Source: an uncultured virus (IMG/VR IMGVR_UViG_3300037692_000302)
Lineage: Duplodnaviria > Heunggongvirae > Uroviricota > Caudoviricetes
Virus record (IMG/VR): IMGVR_UViG_3300037692_000302
Strand: one strand, 5' to 3'
DNA length: 20,000 nucleotides
The number at the start of each line of letters is the position of its first letter. Position 1 is the first letter of the stretch. Below, in pieces: positions 15,227 to 20,000 of the stretch. Both the position numbers and the translations under genes were made by a program. Under the pieces are notes generated by a model. It did no database searches and was not told the DNA's origin. It was given only the letters and a program-made list of their open reading frames with translations.

Positions 15227-16171
15227 ATGAGCCCCGCACCCGCCCTCCGACTTCTCAGCCTCGGCGCCGGAGTCCAATCCACCACCGTCCTCATGCTCGC
15301 CGCCGAGGGCCGCCTCCCCAAGCTGGACGGCGCGATCTTCTCCGACACCCAGTGGGAACCCGGCACCGTCTACGCCCACCTCGACCGCCTGGAACGGGAG
15401 ATCGCCCAGCCCGCTGGAATCCCCATCTACCGCGTCACCGAAGGCAGCATCCGCAACGACGCCCTCGACCCCGCCCACCGCTTCGCCTCGATGCCGCTGT
15501 TCATCAAGAACCAGGACGGCGGTGACGGCATGACCCGACGCCAGTGCTCGAACGAGTACAAGGTCAAGCCGATCAAGAAGAAGACCCGGCAGCTCCTCGG
15601 CTACCCGCACCCGGTCCCGGTTCCGCGCGGCGTGTACGTCGAGCAGTGGATCGGTATCAGCCGCGACGAGATCGGCCGCGCCAAGGACGCCGACGTGCTG
15701 TACATGCGCAACGCGTTCCCGCTGCTTGACCTTACGGGGGGGGCGGACGGAATGCAGGGCTGGACGCGCGACGACTGCATTCGGTACCTGCGGGCCAACG
15801 GCTTCGCGTCCACGCCGAAGAGTGCGTGCATCGGGTGCCCGTTCCACGGCAATGCCCAGTGGCGGCGGATGCGGGACGAGGCGCCTGCCGACTGGGCGGA
15901 CGCGGTGGCCTTCGACGCGGAGATCCGGTCGGGCAACGCCCGGGGCAACGCGGTGGGCAAGCCGCTGCTCGGCGAGGCGTACCTCCACCGCTCCCGGCTT
16001 CCGCTCGATCAGGCGCCGATCGACCGGGTCACGGCGCACGAGTGGGCGTCCAAGCAGACCGACATCTTCGGCCAGATCGCTGACATCGAACTCGAAGAAG
16101 GCGACGCGGACGGCTGCTCTCCCTGGGCGTGCCGCTCCGGACAACCCGTCACCGTCGACGACGCCGCCTGA
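15227..16171 (+). CDS. PAPS-reductase-like / adenine nucleotide alpha-hydrolase (PP-loop) family protein with Cys clusters
   Basis: AAGGAG RBS; LSLGAGVQST (PP-loop variant), FSDTQWE, RQCSNEYKVKPI, WIGISRDE, FPL, KSACIGCPFH, terminal GCSPWAC. Confidence 0.8.
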   Translation: MSPAPALRLLSLGAGVQSTTVLMLAAEGRLPKLDGAIFSDTQWEPGTVYAHLDRLEREIAQPAGIPIYRVTEGSIRNDALDPAHRFASMPLFIKNQDGGDGMTRRQCSNEYKVKPIKKKTRQLLGYPHPVPVPRGVYVEQWIGISRDEIGRAKDADVLYMRNAFPLLDLTGGADGMQGWTRDDCIRYLRANGFASTPKSACIGCPFHGNAQWRRMRDEAPADWADAVAFDAEIRSGNARGNAVGKPLLGEAYLHRSRLPLDQAPIDRVTAHEWASKQTDIFGQIADIELEEGDADGCSPWACRSGQPVTVDDAA

Positions 16172-16309
16172 TCCCCGCCCCGCCTCGTAGCCCACTGTTC
16201 CCGTTTCCCGGGCTTCCAGTGGCCGTCACGCGCCCGCACAGGGCCGGAAGGCGGCTCGGGTGGCGCGAGCCCGCTCACAGAGCCCCCACAGCCCCGAGGA
16301 GGGCCCCGC

Positions 16310-16558
16310 ATGACGAACACCGAACCGACCACCCCCGCAGACCGGTGGGATCCCCCGCGCCGCGAACGCCCCCACCGGCGCACCGGTCCCGGCGGCCTCA
16401 CCCCGGCACAGCTCGCTCTCGCCGACGACCTCCACACCCGGGCCCTCGCCTTGCGGGCCGCATCCGAGGAGGGCCTGTCGATCCGTGAGGCCGTGCATCT
16501 GGCGGCCGTTCAGCTCGGGCTGGAGCAGCCGGGCGCTGGCGACATCGGAACTCCGTAG
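16310..16558 (+). CDS. Hypothetical protein
   Basis: GAGGAGG RBS; 82 aa, helical C-terminal half. Confidence 0.65.
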   Translation: MTNTEPTTPADRWDPPRRERPHRRTGPGGLTPAQLALADDLHTRALALRAASEEGLSIREAVHLAAVQLGLEQPGAGDIGTP

Positions 16559-16712
16559 CCGTCCCGCTGCCTGAGTCCGCACTGTGGCGGCTCTGGCGGC
16601 TTTCGGGGGCGCCGCTCCGTCGGGGGTGCTCCTGGAGCTTCTCAGGGCCACACAGCGGCTCGCGTGTGCAGACCGTCACATAGCTAGCAAATCTCAACGA
16701 AAGGACCCATCG

Positions 16713-17006
16713 ATGCCCGACCTCCACCTGATCATCAGCCCGCCCCCGCCCGGCGAATGGCACGGCCGACTCGACGCCCTCGAAGCCCTCGAAGCCGCGG
16801 GCTGGACCGGCGACACCGACATGCCGCTCAGCATCCTGCGACACCCGTCCGGCGCCGTCTGGGCCGTCGCGAACGAAGTCGATGACTCCGGCCTCGAATG
16901 CCCGAACGGTGCCGTCATCGAGTTCCCCGGCAGCACCCCGACCGTCGTGATCGTCGCCGCTTGCCTCGCCGCTGCCGCCACACCCGACGAGGAGAGCACG
17001 CGATGA
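16713..17006 (+). CDS. Hypothetical protein
   Basis: AAAGGA RBS before ATG 16713; coupled to next gene. Confidence 0.7.
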   Translation: MPDLHLIISPPPPGEWHGRLDALEALEAAGWTGDTDMPLSILRHPSGAVWAVANEVDDSGLECPNGAVIEFPGSTPTVVIVAACLAAAATPDEESTR

Positions 17007-17509
17007 CCGTCCGCACCCACACCCCCGACCGGATCACCGTCGACGCCGACGGCCGCACCACCACCACGATCAAAGTCCAACGCGCCTGCAACGGCTGCTC
17101 CCAGATGCTCGGCGACATCACCGAGCAGGAGATGAACGCCGCGATCGCCGGACTGCCGCAGGGCGACGTCCGTACCGAATGCGAACACTGCAAGCCACTC
17201 GTCGAGTTGGAAGCGCAGGGCTGCAAGACGTGGCAGCTCACCCCGCGCAACATCACGCAGATCGACGACGCCGTCGACTGCGACGGCCACTACGCCAAGG
17301 GCTACTTCGAGTGGGACCGGACCGGCGGCAAGACCGTCTGCGTCGGGCTCCGCATCGGCGTCGGCGAGTCCCGCATCGTCGCCCGCTACGGCGACCACCT
17401 CATCCGCCGCCCCGACGGGACCTGGACCGTCCACCCGGCGCCCACCAGCGGGGACCGGTCTGCGGATTCTTCGCATCCGCAACCCGCTACCGAGGGGGTG
17501 CAGCAGTGA
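17003..17509 (+). CDS. Hypothetical protein with CNGC...CEHC zinc finger
   Basis: GAGGAG RBS, ATGA coupling, two CxxC motifs. Confidence 0.75.
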   Translation: MTVRTHTPDRITVDADGRTTTTIKVQRACNGCSQMLGDITEQEMNAAIAGLPQGDVRTECEHCKPLVELEAQGCKTWQLTPRNITQIDDAVDCDGHYAKGYFEWDRTGGKTVCVGLRIGVGESRIVARYGDHLIRRPDGTWTVHPAPTSGDRSADSSHPQPATEGVQQ

Positions 17510-17697
17510 GCCCGCAGCGTCGCCCGCAGGCCCGGCAACTCCTCACCCGGCAGTCCGAGGCGATCCTCGCCGCCCGCTACCCGGGGCAGGTACGGGCCGC
17601 CGTCATCGAGCGGGCGCTACGGCGGATGGCGGCAGCCGACGAGAGAGCTGAACGGAAAGCACTGCGAGCCGCTCCACGTGACCCACAAAACATCTGA
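17506..17697 (+). CDS. Small basic hypothetical protein
   Basis: GTG 17506 overlaps upstream stop; GAGGGGG RBS. Confidence 0.6.
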   Translation: MSPQRRPQARQLLTRQSEAILAARYPGQVRAAVIERALRRMAAADERAERKALRAAPRDPQNI

Positions 17698-17729
17698 TAG
17701 CGCCACAACTCGCCCTGAAAGATGAGAAA

Positions 17730-17939
17730 ATGGAGCCCTCCAGTGTCGGCGAACCCGCCCGATGCGCCGGCTGCAAACGGCCGCTGAAACACCAGTCGCC
17801 ATCCGGCTACGGGCCCGTCTGCCACCAACGCATCCACGGCGGCACGGGAGCTCGGGCACGACTCCCACGGCCCGCCCCGTCCGCCGGCATTCCCGGCCAA
17901 GACGAACTACCGGACGAAGAGCAACTCACCCTCTGCTGA
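17730..17939 (+). CDS. Small zinc-finger protein (DUF6011-like)
   Basis: CAGCKRPL...S..GYGPVC fits the CxxCxRxL...GxGPxC pattern; start uncertain. Confidence 0.6.
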   Translation: MEPSSVGEPARCAGCKRPLKHQSPSGYGPVCHQRIHGGTGARARLPRPAPSAGIPGQDELPDEEQLTLC

Positions 17940-17958
17940 ACGACCAGGAGCGCATCCC

Positions 17959-18429
17959 GTGACCGACCTCCCGCTCAACACCGAAGCCGCCAACCGCACC
18001 GCGATCCTGCGAGAAGCAGCCGACACGGTGGACGCCACCCCCTACCCCAGCGGGTTCACCGCCGGGTTCGACAAGGGCGCCCGCTGGGCCACCGGCCTGC
18101 TGCGTCAGATGCCCGACGAGGCGCAGCAGCTCAAGACGGAACGTCGCCGTCTCACGCCGAACGAGCACAGCGCTGCCTGGCACGCCATCGAAGGTTCGGC
18201 GGGCGAGGAAGGCGCTGACGCGGGCACGATCCTGCACGCCGTCCTCGACCGCCTCGGCATCGACGCGCCCGACGAGTACGCGCGGGAGGCGGGCGAGCAG
18301 CAGCAGGCCGAGCGCGAGCCCTGCGGTGAAGGTCACTGCCACTGCTACGGCGCGGGTGCCGAACACGCGGACTGCGCGTGCGGATGCGACTGCCCCCGCG
18401 ACGACGACGGGCAGCTCATCGACGACTGA
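17959..18429 (+). CDS. Hypothetical mosaic protein with Cys/His-rich C-terminus
   Basis: AGGAG RBS; tail CGEGHCHCYGAGAEHADCACGCDC. Confidence 0.75.
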   Translation: MTDLPLNTEAANRTAILREAADTVDATPYPSGFTAGFDKGARWATGLLRQMPDEAQQLKTERRRLTPNEHSAAWHAIEGSAGEEGADAGTILHAVLDRLGIDAPDEYAREAGEQQQAEREPCGEGHCHCYGAGAEHADCACGCDCPRDDDGQLIDD

Positions 18430-18440
18430 CCGCACACGAA

Positions 18441-18475
18441 CCGGCCGCCCCGCGTTCGATCCGCGCGGCGGCCGG
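18441..18475 (+). promoter_or_regulatory. GC-rich stem-loop upstream of an RBS
   Basis: CCGGCCGCC-c-CGCG-ttcgatc-CGCG-c-GGCGGCCGG; AGGAG at 18499-18503, GTG 18511. Confidence 0.55.
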
Positions 18476-18510
18476 CCCGCCCAAATTCTCACCCACCCAG
18501 GAGCCACACC

Positions 18511-19497
18511 GTGACCACCGAGCCTGACCTGACCGAGACGCAGAAGGCGTACAACGTCGCCCAGTACGAGATGTTCCAGCTCGCCGCCTACGGACACTGC
18601 ACCTACACCAACGGCGAACTGCTCACCGCCGAGGGCAAACGCCAGCAGGCCGACTACAACGACCGCATCCGCAGGGCGCGCGAGGAGCTGGAAGCCGCGG
18701 TCCTGCGGCTCGTGGCCGAGCACGCGGAGACGTCCGCCAACAGCCGCTTCGTGTCGGCGGACTGGCTGCGGTCGCTGGCCGATGACCCGGCCATGCTGTC
18801 GCTGCTGGCGGTGCGGCCGGACGAGCGGGAGCCTGTCGCGTCTGTCGGGTCTGCGCCTGCCACCGACCGGGCCGCGCTCTCCGCGAAGCTGTGGGCGATC
18901 GCCGAGCACCACATCGTCGCCGAATGGATCTGCTGCGAGCCGCTGGCGCCGGGCCACAAGCTGTGCGCCAAGGGCTACGCCGCGCTCGGCATGGTCAAGA
19001 CGCTCCTCGTGGACGGCGATCCGGAGAAGACGTGGAACCCGAGCGCGCCGCTGCTGGACGCGGTCCTGTCCGTGCTGCCCGCGAGCAGCGACCGGGCGGC
19101 CGAATGGCGATCCGCCGCCGATCACATCGAGGCCATGCGGGGCTACCCGTCGCTGATGGTCCCCGAGGAGGCGGTCGAGGAGCTGCGCCGTGTGGCCGAC
19201 GAGACGCGAGACGAGGTCGTGCACGGCTGCCCGCCCGACGGTTCCGGTCTCACCCCGTGCTGCGGCCGGACCCCGTTCGAACTCCCGCTCGGCGACCGGA
19301 TCAGCAGCGAAGCACCCGTCACCTGCCCGAACGCCGTTGTGGCGCAGCCCGCCAAGGAGGCCGACAACCCGCGCACCGTCTGCGTCTGCGGACACACCCG
19401 AGGCGAACACCTCGTCGTCAGCGGGCGCCTCCTCTGCGACGCATGCCACCCCGACAGCACCGACAACCTCGTCTGCAAGGAGTTCGAAGCCCTGTGA
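18511..19497 (+). CDS. Hypothetical multi-module phage protein with several small Cys/His domains
   Basis: 328 aa ORF, RBS, GC3-rich codons; modules EWICC...HKLC, VHGCPP...TPCCGRTPFE, CVCGH..GEH...CDAC. Confidence 0.8.
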   Translation: MTTEPDLTETQKAYNVAQYEMFQLAAYGHCTYTNGELLTAEGKRQQADYNDRIRRAREELEAAVLRLVAEHAETSANSRFVSADWLRSLADDPAMLSLLAVRPDEREPVASVGSAPATDRAALSAKLWAIAEHHIVAEWICCEPLAPGHKLCAKGYAALGMVKTLLVDGDPEKTWNPSAPLLDAVLSVLPASSDRAAEWRSAADHIEAMRGYPSLMVPEEAVEELRRVADETRDEVVHGCPPDGSGLTPCCGRTPFELPLGDRISSEAPVTCPNAVVAQPAKEADNPRTVCVCGHTRGEHLVVSGRLLCDACHPDSTDNLVCKEFEAL

Positions 19498-19733
19498 CCA
19501 CGTACACCTCCGAGACCGTCACCTGCACGTTCCGCCGCTGGATCATCCCCGCCGCCGAACCCTGGGGCGCAGCAACAGCCGAGGTCGGGAAGGCGTGGGC
19601 GGCAGCCGAGCGCGCCTACCGGGAGCACTTCGACATCCCGCAGGACCGGCCGCTGAGTGACGACGCGCTGCGCTTCCACGTCCGGGACGCGGCGGTCGTC
19701 ATCGAGTTCACGGTCGAGGGGAAGCCGCAGTGA
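19494..19733 (+). CDS. Hypothetical protein
   Basis: AAGGAG upstream, GTG 19494 overlaps upstream stop; MTTYTSETVTCTFRRWIIP... Confidence 0.7.
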   Translation: MTTYTSETVTCTFRRWIIPAAEPWGAATAEVGKAWAAAERAYREHFDIPQDRPLSDDALRFHVRDAAVVIEFTVEGKPQ

Positions 19734-20000
19734 TCGCCGAGGCGCTAGACGCCGCCGTCACCCTCGGCTGGGCGCTCGCCGCATGGTTCGTGCTCTTCGC
19801 GGTCGCCGCAACAGCCGCCGGGTTCACGCTCGTCGCAGTGCCTGCCGTCGCCTGCATAGCCGCAACGCGGGGCGTTGCGGCGGGACTGGCGGCCGTACAG
19901 CGCAGTGCGGTCCCCGAGGTGGAGTCCGGGGCGCAGGACGCCGCACACGCACGCACAGACACACACGCCCCGACATGGGCGCTCCCTCAACCGATCAAGG
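19730..20000 (+). CDS. Hypothetical membrane protein, 3'-truncated
   Basis: GTGA coupling at 19730-19733; open to the window end: IAEALDAAVTLGWALAAWFVLFAVAATAAGFTLVAV... Confidence 0.6.
   Translation, partial: MIAEALDAAVTLGWALAAWFVLFAVAATAAGFTLVAVPAVACIAATRGVAAGLAAVQRSAVPEVESGAQDAAHARTDTHAPTWALPQPIK

Larger units (their letters stand above)
1..20000 (+). mobile_element. Actinobacterial (likely Streptomyces) phage/prophage early region; both ends lie outside the window
   Basis: Co-oriented, tightly overlapping small genes; phage-type gene set (Rad52-like SSAP, RusA, HNH x2, WhiB, initiator + DnaC-like + DnaB); no housekeeping context. Confidence 0.93.

Noticed and set aside
62..19449. Long minus-strand ORFs (62-1096, 1876-3330, 5452-6366, 6147-7556, 12754-13911, 15200-16195, 17926-19449 and others)
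   Set aside because: They are shadows of recognisable + strand genes; stop codons are scarce in high-GC DNA, and the translations are low-complexity with no motifs
1..20000. bldA-dependent TTA codons in phage genes
   Set aside because: The TTA trinucleotides I checked (near 7766, 9154, 9975, 11890, 14280, 14396, 14846, 15733) are all out of frame in the called genes; the check was manual and may be incomplete

Overview
High-GC DNA that looks like the early (recombination, replication, regulation) region of an actinobacterial temperate phage or prophage, probably from Streptomyces (inferred from WhiB proteins, codon usage and gene content). About 36 genes lie on the + strand, mostly joined by ATGA/GTGA stop-start overlaps. 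In order: small hypotheticals, a Rad52/Sak-type annealing protein, an HNH endonuclease, a DEDDh 3'-5' exonuclease, RusA resolvase, two tandem WhiB proteins each fused to a degenerate HNH-like domain, a stand-alone vWA (TerF-like) protein, a ParB-HTH-DNA methyltransferase fusion coupled to a probable PD-(D/E)xK nuclease, one antisense ribbon-helix-helix gene, a lambda-O-like replication initiator with internal iterons, a DnaC/IstB-like loader, DnaB helicase, a second HNH, a PAPS-reductase/PP-loop-like protein, and small Cys/His-rich mosaic proteins. No structural, lysis, integrase, tRNA, rRNA or CRISPR features were seen. The strongest candidates for something undescribed are the ParB-MTase/nuclease/RHH cassette next to the origin, the WhiB-dead-HNH pair, and the sense/antisense overlapping gene pair. 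All family calls come from motif recognition by eye; no database searches were run.
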